A program made the translations under genes and the position numbers. Below are positions 14,874 to 27,612 of a stretch of 64,000 bases of DNA, piece after piece (within the stretch, counting starts at the first letter, position 1; the number at the start of each line of letters is the position of its first letter). This stretch comes from Eledone cirrhosa. Its lineage: Eukaryota. The notes under the pieces were generated by a model that saw nothing but the letters and a program-made list of their open reading frames with translations, was not told the origin of the DNA and ran no database searches. The stretch lies in NCBI GenBank assembly GCA_964016885.1, contig OZ024740.1, positions 360,902,001-360,966,000 on the forward strand, read 5' to 3'.

Positions 14874-14967
14874 ACCCCTTGAGAAGATCGGCTATTTAAA
14901 TACCAGGATAAATTTTCATTTAGTCCAGAATTAGCCGTCGAAACGGCTTGAGCTCAGCTGTCGGGGT
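14874..14967 (+). ncRNA. Type I hammerhead ribozyme with variant U3-A8 core and GUC cleavage triplet
   Basis: Stem I ACCCC/GGGGT; core TTGAGAA (14879-14885); stem II GA(T)CGGCTA/TAGCCGTC; GAAA (14940-14943); stem III CGGC/GCTG around the palindrome TGAGCTCA; GTC at 14960-14962. Confidence 0.78.
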
Positions 14968-15218
14968 TTTACTGGTTCCTATTACCCACTCTACTACCTC
15001 AAGTATTGAGTACTTTGGTGCGTTATGGTCCACCTGGTTCCTTACCACATTTCCTTCGTTATATATATATATATATATATGTAAAATAATGAATATTTAT
15101 GTGAGACTTATAATATAAACTATAGGTATTCATACAGTAAATTTATCCGAGAACATATATCATTAAACAGATATTTCTCAAAAGGTTGTCATGCTAGAAT
15201 TTCCAATTGTCCCCTCTT

Positions 15219-15270
<52 letters not shown>

Positions 15271-15273
<3 letters not shown>

Positions 15274-15907
15274 CTGTGTCAAGGACATGACAACCTCCCT
15301 AGTGTTGGTGATCTACACAACAAATGCATTCAGTACATGCGTTTGGTAATAGGAATGGTATTCAGCCATAGAAATCTTGCCAAACAAAAGGGTAGGGACC
15401 ACCCTCAGTTGTGTCAAAGACACAACAACTTCTTCTGTGCTCTCAGTAGGAGCATTGATCATACATAAAGTTTGACACAGATCACTGGCCTGTCTTGGAG
15501 ATCAGTGGTTCCACTTCTGTACTGACTTGGTCTCTGTAGATCCGTCCAACCATTGCTAGCAGGGAAAGCAGACTTTAAATCAATGATGATGATGATGATT
15601 ATATATATATATAGCAATGGTTGGACGGGTCTACAGAGACCAAGTCAGTACAGAAGTGGAACCACTGATCTCCAAGACAGGCCAGTGATCTGTGTCAAAC
15701 TTTATGTATGATCAATGCTCCTACTGAGAGCACAGAAGAGGTTGTTGTGTCTTTGACACAACTGAGGGTGGTCCCTACCCTTTTGTTTGGCAAGATTTCT
15801 ATGGCTGAATACCATTCCTATTACCAAACGCTTTACAGCATGTACTGAATGCATTTGTTGTGTAGATCACCAACACTAGGGAGGTTGTCATGTCCTTGAC
15901 ACAGCTA
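15271..15907. repeat. ~290 bp inverted duplication (15271-15558 / 15612-15907) of an RTE/SINE-type 3' end around a (TA)n tract
   Basis: tagctgtgtcaaggacatg...ccaaccattgcta is mirrored. The (GAT)n tail is present only on the first arm. Confidence 0.9.
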
Positions 15908-15921
15908 TATATATATATATA

Positions 15922-16073
15922 TTATCATCATCATCATCGTTTAACGTCCATGTTCCACGCTTGCATGGGTTTGGACGGGAGTTTTCCCACTTGAGGCAAG
16001 AGTGGTTGTCTTGCTCGCATAGGACTGTCTGGCGGGTTTTCTACAGCTGGATGCCCTTCCTAACACCAACCAC
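15922..16073 (-). mobile_element. Short RTE 3'UTR fragment
   Basis: Matches the reverse complement of ~2250-2400, with an (ATC)n tail. Confidence 0.8.
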
Positions 16074-16123
<50 letters not shown>

Positions 16124-16169
16124 GGGACAATTTGAAATTCTAGCATGACAACCTTTTGCAAACTACTGA

Positions 16170-18200
16170 TGAGACTTATAGTTGGAGTAAAGTGCCAGCC
16201 AGACAGAGGGTGACCTGGTGGTGGACCAGCACAGTGGATAGAGCCATTAAAGCCAAAAGACAGGCATAGAAAGACTGGGAAAATGGGAGTGGCAGAGTAG
16301 CTAAGAGAGAAACTTGACAGGTATATACAGCTTGGAGAGAGGCTGAAAAAAGAAAGTTTTCTAATGTCTTGTAACATGAAGTGTTCCTTATTGTAAGGAA
16401 GTGTGTCAGTAAATTGGGATGTTGTTGGGGAAAAGTGTATTGGAAATGACACTGGTGCAATTAGTACCACTGATGCTCAAGAGAAAGAGGCCTGAAAATG
16501 TTATTAGAGGCTGATGAATGTAGAGAATGAATGGAAGGAGAGGTGACCCCCAACTTACTCAAAAGAAGGAAATTGACAGTTATAGGGTCAAAGAAGCAAT
16601 CTAGGAGTAGAAGAATGGTAAAGCTGCGGGACTGCCAGAGATAGTTCCCGAGAAGCTAAAAGCATCAGAAGTAGGAGCCAAACTAGTAACTCGCATAGTC
16701 GATCAGGTAATACAGGAAGGAGTCATACCCAATGACTGGTGCAGCAGAACAATCATAAATTGCTACAAGGGCAAAGGTTATGCACTAGAAAGGAGCAACT
16801 ATAAAGGAATATAACTAATGGATCAAGTTATGAAGGTGACAGAAAGAGTTATAGCACAGTTAATTAGGGAAAGAGTCAAATTCGACAAAATGCAGGTCAG
16901 TTGCAGACCTGGGAAAAATACTGCAGATGCGCTCTTCTTAGACAACTACAAGAGAAGTTCCTTGTCAAGAATAAGCTGCTATATTTAGCTTTTGTTGATC
17001 TAGAAAAGGCCTTTAACAGAGTACCTTAATCTATTATCTGGTGGTCATTAAGAAAATTAGTTGTAGGTAAAGTGAGAATAGGAAGAGAGTTTAGTGAGGA
17101 ATTCAAAGTACAGGTAGGAGTTCAGAGTTCATTTCTTAGCCCACTGCAGTTCATCATAGTTCTCTAGGCCTTAACAGAGGAATTTAAAACTAGCTGTCCA
17201 TGGGAACTTCTCTATGCTGATGATATGGTCCTCAGAGCCAAATCCATAAATGAACTAGAGAATAAGTTCTGACTACGGAAATGAAATTTAGAATTCAAAG
17301 GTCTAAGAGTAAACAGCCCAAACTAAAGTGCTAGTAAGTAGGAAAGAAGATAGGACCCTGATTCCTTTTGGAAAGTGGCTCTGCTCAATATGTAGAAAAA
17401 GAGTAGGCATAAACTCTATATGATGTACACAATGTAAATCTTAAATACACAAAAGCTGTTGTGGGATATCAGGTCAACTAACAGGAAAGGAAGATTTTTG
17501 TATGTAGAAGATGCACAGGGGTAATTGAGGAGAAGAGTGTCAGTCCTATGAACATGAAGGATCCATAGATGTGGTTGATAGCTTCTGCTATCTAGGTGAC
17601 CTAATTAGCAGCGGAGGAGGGTGCTCCAAGACTATAACAGCTAAAATAAGAAAAGGATGGAAGAAGTTTAGAGAGCTAATCCCACTATTGACAACAAAAG
17701 CTTTCTCCCTATGTACAAAAGGATGGCTGTATGATGCCTGTGTAGGAAGTGCAATGCTGCATAGTAGTGAAATGCAGGCTGTGACTGCAGAGGACATGCG
17801 TAGGCTGGAGAGAAATGAAGCAACCATCCTTCGTTGGATGTGCAATGTAAATGTGAGAGAAAGGCAGAGCTTGGACAAACTAAAGGAAACTGGGTTTAAG
17901 AGGAATTTGAGGTAGTGTGCAAGAGAGAAGACTATGTTGGTACGGACATGTGATAAGCATGGATGATGATCACTGAGTGACGAATAGCTAGAAAATCCCA
18001 GTGGAAGGAAGCTGCACTAGAGATAGATCAAGGAAAACCTGAGCAGAAATGGTGAGAGCTGAACTCAAATTACTGAAACTCTATGTTGAAAAGGACCTAT
18101 CGACCAGTTTAGGAGGTCAGTAGCCCCGCTTCAGTACTATGTAGATATGCCCAACCTTTGCTAGGTGGAAAAGTGGGTGTTAAATGATGATGATAATGTT
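16170..18200 (+). mobile_element. Degenerate RTE LINE (RT region to 3' tail), with many stops and frameshifts
   Basis: Fragments NCYKGKG..LERSNYKGI, AFVDLEKAF, WELLYADD, VDSFCYLGD...GWKKFREL...RLERNEA; ends aaatgatgatgat. Confidence 0.88.
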
Positions 18201-18551
18201 GATATGTGTTTGAGCAGCACTACTTCTCATTAATTAGAGCCAGCTTTTGCTTTGTATGCAAATGAGTATCATCAGTTGATGTTCATAAGCGTAAATACTA
18301 TACGCTTTTAGCTTATTTTTATCTTAGCATCCAAGTGGAGTTGGAAAATGGTTAACAAACTATTAGGGTGCTCTCCCTTGGTTGATAAGGAACAGTGGTG
18401 AAATTCAGCACTTCCAAAATTCATAGCAAGGCTGTAAAAATGTTTATTTACATGAATATTTTGTATAATATTCAATATACCTCTTCAGTTACATATCACT
18501 CATGCTATGTCAAAGCATCACTAACTGTGTGTGTGTGTGTATACACACACA

Positions 18552-21110
18552 CATCATCATCATCATCATTTTACGTCTGCTTTTCCCTGCTTGTAAGAGT
18601 GGGACAGGTCTTATTCAGCACAGCATCTCTTCACTTGTCACGGTCCTTCGTCATCTCCACCATGAGCTTCAGTGATCTGAGGTCTGTTCTCACCACCTCC
18701 GCCCATGTTTTTCGTGGTCTACCTCTACCACGTCTTTCCTTCAACTGGGATTTCCTGGCACTTCTTCACCCATCGGTCATCCTCCATGCACATCACATGT
18801 GTGCATTTTATAGAATTTATGCCAGTTCCTTTTCTGCATATCGAACATAGCCATTTCCCTGACGAAATCAGAGTTTTGTCCTCTTTTCTACTCATCAACA
18901 CTTTTGTCTTAGCTAGGTTCACTTTCGGTCCTCTTGCTTCCAACTGCTGTTTCCATAGCCAGAATTTATTCTCTAGCTCCTCTACTGATTCTGCTATATG
19001 AACCAGATTGTCAGCATAGAGAAGTTCCCATGGACAGCCAGTCTTAAACTCCTCTGTTATGGCTTGGATGACTATAATGAACAAGAACGGGCTGAGGACT
19101 GAACCTTGATGTACTCCTACTTGTATCTGGAATTCCTCACTAAACTCCATCCCTACCCTGATTTTACTGACAGCACCTCTGTACAAAGTTTTGACTGTCC
19201 TCACAAGCCATTCCTCAACACCTAGTTTCCTTAGGGACCACCAGATGACAGATCGGGGTACCCTATCAAAGGCCTTCTCTAGGTCAACAAAGGCTAAGTA
19301 TAGTGGCTTATTCTTCTTTAAGAACCTCTCTTGTAATTGTCTCACCAAGAAGAGGGTATCTGTTGTACTCTTCCCAGGCACAAAACCAAACTGCATCTCA
19401 TCTAGTTTGACCCTTTCTCTAATTAGTTGTGCTAATATCCTTTCTGTCACTTTCATAACCTGATCCATCAGTTTTATACCCCTATAATTGCTCCTCTCCA
19501 GAGCATCCCCTTTACCTTTGTAGCAATTTATGAGAATACTGCTGCACCAGTCTTTGGGTATGACACCACCATATATAGCCTGATTGATGATGCGTGTAAC
19601 CAGTTTAGTGCCTACGTCCCCTGATGCCTTTAGCATCTCAGCAACTATTCCCGACGGTTCAGCAGCCTTACCATTTTTCATTTCCTTAATCGCCTCTTGG
19701 ACCCTATATTCATCAATCTCAATAGCTGGTCCCTCTGTCGGATCTACTGAGGGTAATTTCTCTCTCTCCCATTTGTCCTCCACGTTCATCAGTCTCTCAT
19801 AATGACATTTCCAGGCCTCCTTTTTCTGATCATTCGTGACACTAAGTACACCAGCATCATTCCGGACACATTTATCTCCAACGACATCCTGATTTGTATT
19901 GACACACTGCCTTGCAATGTGGAATACCGCACGCCTCTGATCTTCCCATCGCAGAACATTGGCAAACCTCCTACTCTCAGCCTCCCTGCGTGCTAAGTAC
20001 ACCTGATGTCTAGCTTCTCTCTTAGCGGCTGTATATCCCTCTCTACTCACATCCTTTTTCCAAGCCTTCCATGCTAGTCTTTTGTCTCTAATGGCCCTAT
20101 CTACTGTGCTGTTCCACCACCAGGTCACTCTCTGCCTGGTTGGAGCTCTGCTCTAGCCACAAGTTTCATCAGTAGCCTGCAGTAAGTTGTCACGTAAGAA
20201 ATTCCAGTTATTATCTATGTCATACGACTCTAAATCGTCTTCTTTTTCGTCATACACATCTTGAAGGGCTTTCCTAAATTTGTATTTTAGTGAAAGGTCT
20301 TTTAGCTTCCAGACTTTTCTTCTCCACGCCTTCCTGTATGTCTCATTCCATCTCTTGCTTACTGAGATATCACTAACGACTAACCTATGCTGTGGGGTAC
20401 ATTCTTCCCCAGGGTATTCCTTGGTATTTGACACCATCTGCCTGTCCCGCTGCCTAACTAGTAAGAAGTCAATCTGGCTTATGTGCTCACCTGATTTGTA
20501 GGTTATTAGGTGGTGGCAGGTTTCTGGAAGTTAGTGTTGCAAATAGTCAGTGTACTTGCATCACAAAATTCAAGAAGTCTCACTCCTTCATTTCTTGAGC
20601 CGTAACTGTGCCCACCATGTACCCCAGTGTAACCATCCTGGAGCTGTCCAACATGACCATTGAAGTCCCCTGCTAGCATAACGATGTCTCCGTCCTCTGT
20701 CATTGCGGCTGTTTGTAAAAGTTGCTCGTAAAAGCAGTCTTTCTCTTCTTTGCCTAGGCCTACTTGGGGAGCATAGGCAGAGATGATTGTCAGTAGTCTC
20801 CTGCCTACAACTAATCTAAGCTTAATTATTCAATTATTAACTCGAACTACCTCTGTTGTCTTATTGATCCATCTCTCAGCCAGGAAAATGCCTACTCCTC
20901 TTAACCCATCATCCTTACCTACCCAGAAAAGCTTATAGCTAAGATGTTTGCCTGCGACTAGTCTCGCAGAGGCACCTCTCCATCTCACCTCTTGCACGCA
21001 GCACACATCCACATGCCTTCTCTCCAGCATCTCCCTTATTTCACCAGATCTACCTGTGAGAGTGCCAACATTAAGTGTTGCAACTCTGAGATGTGACATC
21101 TTCATATTTT
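18552..21110 (-). mobile_element. Near full-length but disabled RTE LINE (APE endonuclease + RT) with an internal deletion near 18797
   Basis: APE motifs LRVATLNVGTL..CCVQEVRW and AGDFNGHVG. RT ORF 18725-20128 has QFGFVPGKSTTD, AFVDLEKAFDRVP, GVHQGSVLSP and YADN (catalytic D lost). KCTH is fused directly to VMCM. (ATC)n tail at ~18552. Confidence 0.93.
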
Positions 21111-21403
21111 TGTTGCTGTGCTCATAATTGTTTTGGCATTGATACACTGGTTGGATGCCCTTCCTAACACATACACGCAAACTACATATAACTGTTATAA
21201 TCGCCTTCACCACTGAACATCTGCTTTTCTATGCTGGCATGGGTTTGACGGGTCATTATAGACCAAGTCAATGCTTGCATATATTTGTGTGTGTGTGAGT
21301 ATTCTGTGCTTTATCAAACTGCTACTCTGCTGTTTGACATATTGTTTATGGGGGACATAAACAACAGAAAGGGGAGGCCTTTTTTAAGCAGTTACAATAT
21401 AAC

Positions 21404-21485
21404 GTATATATGACAACTGGCATTCAGACACACGTGCATATATATATATATATGCATGTGTCTGAATGCCAGTTGTCATATATAC
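21404..21485. repeat. Near-perfect palindrome centred on (TA)n
   Basis: gtatatatgacaactggcattcagacacacgtgca-(ta)n-tgcatgtgtctgaatgccagttgtcatatatac. Confidence 0.9.
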
Positions 21486-21711
21486 ATTATATTTCATACT
21501 TAGCATTCACAGATCTGTCAACCAAATTTCAGTTACACACAAATATATCACATATAGCATCATCATCATCGTTTTTATGTCTACTTACTATGATGGCATG
21601 GGTTGGACGGGATGTCACTCATATTTGCTATGTTTTCTAAGGCAGGAAGCTATTCCTAACACCAACCACCTTGCAGAGCATGCTGTGTGCACTTGTTTCA
21701 TGGCGCTAGCA

Positions 21712-21768
<57 letters not shown>

Positions 21769-21933
21769 CACACACATACAAACACACAGGTAAATAAGAT
21801 GATTTCATATGAATGAAACAATTCTAGTTCTGTAGAAGCCATTTCTATATAAAATAAAGATGCCTATACTCTACCAAAATTGAGTAACTTTTTTAACTGT
21901 GGTCACCTCCCAATCCCCATTGAGAATCTACCC

Positions 21934-21983
<50 letters not shown>

Positions 21984-24900
21984 TATAATAGAAAAAAATG
22001 AGGAAGTTTTGTTTACATAAGAATATTTATATATGTTACGTGCATTTTGCAGAGGATTGGCTCAAGGTAACCCATAGGAGTTATGGACCCGACCCCAGTA
22101 TCGATCTGCTCATCAGAATGGTGATATGACAAAAAAATATATTTTTGTTGTGGTATGTAAGTTGAGACAGTATATATATATATAGGCATCCTCCCATTTT
22201 TTTTCTGTGAGTGTGTGTGAGTGTATGTGTGTGCTGTGGTGTAATTGGTGGGGCAGCTATGTGGGTGTGTATTCACAGATATTCGTGTGCTACCCACACT
22301 ATATATATATGTAGAGAGAGAGAGAGAGAGAGAGATTATATATATAGACAGATATTTTATATATACATAGAGAGTGGGAGGAAGGAGTGGGTAAAAAATA
22401 AAGAAACTGAATATGATGGAGGAGGAGAAGATGAATCATTTATCTGCTGCATTTAAGAAAAACCACAAACAAAGAGCGGAAGCGGAAAAGAAAGAAAGAG
22501 AAGTCATAAAACAACAGTAACAAAACAGCAATGAAACAGTAAGAGCTCAACAACTATCCATCAACACACAACTTGGTTTGAAAAAAGAAAAAAAAAAATC
22601 TCCAAAATCTTTTAATGGTGTTTCACAAGAACATTCCAGAATTGCCCTCACTATTTTTAGCAATCTTCTATGAAGTAGTCAATTGATTGAAAGGGGGGGG
22701 GGGGATGAGCAGGATGATGATGAGGTGGAGAAGAAGGAAGAAGAGGGGGGGGGGGGAGAAGAAGAAAGAAAAAGGAGAAGAAGTAGCGGAGGAAGAAGGA
22801 AAAGGAGATGAAGAAGAAAATGAAAAAGAATTGGAGAAAAAAGATGAATCATGATGATGATGATAATGATGAAGAAACAGAATTAAAGAAAGAAACTTCT
22901 GAAGTCCAATAATTTGATTCTATTTGTTTGTCTTTTCTGATATCAACTGGATTGAAAAGAAGGTAGCCAATTTATATACATCCTTCCCCACCACTTCACC
23001 GATTGATCTTACCCCTTACCAAGCATATTGTATATTCTGTTTCATACATACTAATTAGTAGTTAGAGCATTTGGCTCATGATTGTTAGGTTGTGAGTTTG
23101 TTTCACAATGGCACGCTGTGTACTTGTGCAAGGCACTTTATTTTACGTTGCTTCACTCAGCTACCAAAAAATGAGTTGTCCTTGTAATTCAAATGACCAG
23201 CCTTGATATCACAATATCATGCCGAATCCTTCTGGGAACAATGTTAAGGGTACATGTGTTAGTGGAATGTTCAGCCACTTCTATGTAAATTAACCCAAAC
23301 AACTGGAACACTTGTTACCAGAACTGAAGGAGGTCCAACTCACATACTCATTGGTTTAAAATCACTCTAGGCACTCACCAGCCAATGGTATCTGTTCATC
23401 AGAGCTTGCTGAACTCATGACACCTCCTCTGATTCTTTTACCACTACTACAATGGTATCTGCTCCTCAGAACTTGCTGACTCAAACCATCAGGCACTCCC
23501 AACCTACTTGTCTCTCCTCATCACCCATGTTGTGCTAAACCCCATGAACCTTGTATTGATAGCTACATCCAGTCCTGCTAAGAACATCCACCCTCTGGAA
23601 TTTTCCAATCTCTCCAGCCTCAGAGGACTGTGAAGGTCATGAGTACTACCTCTTTTTCCAAACACAGCAAGTAAAAAAAATGTTAAATAAATAAATCTTG
23701 CACTGTAACATGGATACTAAAAACTGACATTAATATAAAGTAAAAGAGGTAATGTAGAGTAGGGAGGAATTCAGTTTTGTGAAGGACATGATAACCACTC
23801 TAGTGCTATTTTTCCAATAAACTTCATCCAGTACACTCTGTAAAGTGGCAGTGCTGGTGCCACAATAAAATGCATCCAGTATACTCTGGAAAGTGCAGTG
23901 ATAAAATGCACTAAGTGTACTCTGTAAAGTGGTTGGCTTTAGAAAAAGCATCCAGCCATAGAAGCCATGCCAAAATATGGAAGGTATGAGCAAGTCATGG
24001 TTCTCCAACCCATCTAATCTTGGATTGTAGCAACCCATCCAAACATGGAAGGCAGATGTAAAATGATGATGATGATGGACACTGGACAACAAGTGTGTAG
24101 GAGAAGAGGATATAGTCAGTTGAATAATGAAGTACAATCCCAATACATAACATATATCAAATATACAACCCCTTATATATACATTGATTCAATTAACTAT
24201 GCTTCATCCTTAACATTTGTGACTTTGAAAGGCTTGTCTCAGACAAATGCTTTGTGGTATTTGTTCCAGCTTTTGATTGAGCTGTAGTCTTGGGCCAAGC
24301 AAAGACTGTAACTGGATATCTGACATCTGGAATATTGTCAGGCACTCACAACCCTCAACCAGTTGAACAACATGATCAGGAAGGGCATTCAGCTGTAGAA
24401 ACCATGCCTAAACTGGAACATATGTAAGAAATGACCTCCGACTACCTAAAATGACAGCTGTATTAATTAAGTACTAACTTGATCTGTGATGACCTGACTA
24501 ACCCATGCCATCATAGAAAAATGAACATTAGATGATGATGATGATAATGATGGTGGTGATGATGAATGCCATGACAACTGACAGTACAAATCAGATGGCA
24601 GTACAAATCAACTGAAATAAAAATTAAGAAACCAAGAAAATTGTGTTTTATTGATTTCATTGCAGTATATTCTGTATAGATAAGATGATAAATAGAACTG
24701 TGAGTAAAGCTGCAGGCTATATGTTTATTTCTGACCTCAAGACACAGAGACACAGACAAAGGGATGGCAGAAAAAATAATAGAGAAAAGATAGAAAGACA
24801 GACAGATAGACACCTGAATTAAATGAAATAGTAATTGAATAGTCTGGAATTTCTTCTGAGTCAGGAATATTTTCAGAAACCATTTTAAGAAGAGATGCAC

Positions 24901-26819
24901 GACTGCAGTATTAGACAATTTTATGTGAGTTCAACTGCTGACTGAGACATTGTGTTGTGACTCTTGAGAAAGGTATATAACCAGAACTGGTGCCTGGGTA
25001 TTTAATACCATAGGCTAGTTCCAGTATATGCATTCCCTTCTTCCAGTTATGCACCACATTCTTCCAAATAAAATAATTTCAATTTACAGTATGGTGAGTT
25101 GACAAGCCTAGTTTTTCACATTTCTTGCTTTGACCACATGAAGAAAATTACTCAGCCTACATTCTCCACAACACAGACCACATTTACCTACGTAAAATCT
25201 TGTGACAGGTTATAACACCATACATCCCTCTCCACTTCTTTGGATATTTCGACAAAGATGCTATATGGCAAAGATATTTAGTGATTTATTTACCGATCAT
25301 AGGAAATTATTATATATCTAATTTAATTGTAGATATTTGTTTGTAGATATTAATTGTAGATATTTGCAATCTTTTCAGGTTTGGTAATGAACCTCTTTGA
25401 GGTTTGAGCTGTAGATAACTACCTAGTTGTCCTTAATGGTAGCACTGACCCTGACTACACAACAAACAGATCAAGTGATTTATTTATTGATGGCAGGAAA
25501 TTATTATATGTTTAAATTAATTATACATATTTGTATAAAATTGTGATCCTTTAAAATTCAGTAAGGCACCTCTTTGAGGTACTATAAAGATCACAAATAA
25601 ACATTTTAAATAATAAACCCATTTTTGAATATTTTCTATTAAATCCTTGCAAAATGTTAAGAGTTAACAATTTACATGAGGTGCACACAGTTCTAGAAAC
25701 CATACCTAAACCAGAAGTGACTCTCCACCCAGCCTGTCTGGGAAGATTGTAGCTCCAATTAAGTACTGACTTAGTTTGTGACAACCTGTCCAACCCATGC
25801 CAGTATGGATAAATGGTTGTTAACTGGTGGTGATGGTAATGATAATATGACTTTGTAAAACCACCTAAATCCATCATATAGATGTGTATGTATATTCTTT
25901 TCCTTTTAATCTTTCAACAGTTCCAGTCACTAAAAAGCAGCCATGCAAGGGTTCTTAGTTAATTATTTATATCAACCCAGTACTTAATAGTAGGCAGTGA
26001 ATTAGCAGAGCAACAGGGTACTAGATAGAATACTTTGTAGTATTCATTCTGGGTCTGACTCTCTGCACTCTGAGTTCAAATCTCAGCAAGGCCAATTTTG
26101 CCTTTTATCTTTTCTTGGTGTTGATAAATAAAGTCTAAGTTCAGTGCAGTGATTGGAAGGAAGGAGTTCTTCTCTCTTGCTTTCTCTTACTCTCCTCACT
26201 ATCTCTATCTGGAAGAAGTCAGCTCTGGGCAAATCCAGAGATGGTTGAGTGCCACTAATGTACAAAATGCTCAAGACATACAGCATATCATGAGAGTACC
26301 TTGACCCTATGACTCCATCAGAAATTATGGGATCAATGATTAATTTGGTTCTTATTTTATTGGCTTCTGTTTACCAGTTAACATACTTTCAGAGAATTAC
26401 CTTCTCTTATTGATGCAAATACACTGCACACACATAACAGTCATCCATAATTTCTATCTACCAAATTTTACACACAAGATATGTTTACCATGTAATGTGA
26501 TCAAACCCAGGATCTCATGGTTGTGAACTGAACTTCTTCACCATAAAGCTCTGTAAGAACCCACCTGCGTATGCAGGTATTCGTGCAGATGTCTAAATAT
26601 GTGTATGCATTATTTCTACAGATGCATGTAGAACAGTCATTTCAAACTTTTTCATTACCAAGGACCCCTTTTATTTAAATATATGTTTCCAATGGTGGTG
26701 CCCCAGCATGGCCTCAGCCTGTTGGTTGGACACGTAATACAGTAATAGAGTATGGACCCTCCCATTACAACTACTCCTCTCCAGATTGTTATACAGTGAT
26801 TTACAATAAACAAAAAGTG

Positions 26820-27235
26820 AAGGCGCATGGCTTAGTGGTTGTGAGTTCAATTCTTGGACCGGGTGATGTGTTGTTTCCTTGAGCAAGACACTTTATTTCA
26901 CATTGCTCCAGTTTACTCAGCTGTAGAAATGAGATGATAGAACTGGGGTGCTTATCATTCCATTGCAAAGTGGTTGTGGAGGTGCCACGGCAAAAAAGCA
27001 CCCAGCCCACACTGTAAAGTGGACGTGTAGGCGCCACGGAAAAAAAGCACCCAGCACTCACTGTAAATGAGGTTGGTGTTAGGAAGGGCATCCAGCTGTA
27101 GAAATGAAGCCAGAATCAGTTCCTGTATGAGCAAGACAAGGTCAGCCGACCGGACACTGCCCACAACATGACAACCCATCTAACTCATGCTAGCATGGAA
27201 GAACGGACGTTAAAGGATGATGATGATGATGATGT
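26820..27235 (+). mobile_element. tRNA-derived SINE (family A) with an RTE-like 3' end; further copies on the - strand at ~41523-41880, ~51500-51698 and ~63505-63848
   Basis: A-box-like TGGCTTAGTGG and B-box-like GAGTTCAATTC; core ccttgagcaagacactttatttcacattgctccagtttactcagctg; 3' end ggttggtgttaggaagggcatccagctgtagaaa...ggacgttaaa(gat)n shared with the RTE copies. Confidence 0.8.
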
Positions 27236-27612
27236 GTTTATACTTAGAGACAAATGGATACCCAACAGTATACGTATATATATATATATATAAGCAGGGA
27301 GAAGTGGACGTATGATGATGATGATGATGATGATGATACATATGTGAATGTAAATATGTATGTGTTTAGATGTATTTATATAGATGAATGTATAAATTCA
27401 GATGTGTGTATATACACATTTACATAGAAATGTAAATATGTATTTATATATGTGTGAATATACAAATATTTATGTTTGAATATTCATATTTTCATATAGA
27501 TGAGTATATATGTGTATACATACCTTTATATATTTATGTAGATGCATGTGTAAACATATATTTACATAGCTGTGTAATATGCGTGTATGTGTAAACATTA
27601 ATTTATATAGGC

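Larger units (their letters stand above)
12359..15060 (+). mobile_element. 5'-truncated Penelope-like retroelement with an inverted pseudo-LTR (788 bp arms 12359-13146 / 14195-14982) and a ~78 nt 3' tail
   Basis: The GIY-YIG coding remnant lies between the arms. The arms are nearly identical and each contains a hammerhead. Both ends sit in (TA)n tracts. Confidence 0.9.

Noticed and set aside
23360-23640. Possible host exon
   Set aside because: Looks like a highly decayed CR1/L2-type LINE 3' fragment; no clean frame with splice sites.
24813-24903. Minus-strand open frame RASLLKMVSENIPDSEEIPDYSITISFNS between cag and gt
   Set aside because: Weak donor (gtgtct) and no recognisable homology; cannot be supported as an exon.
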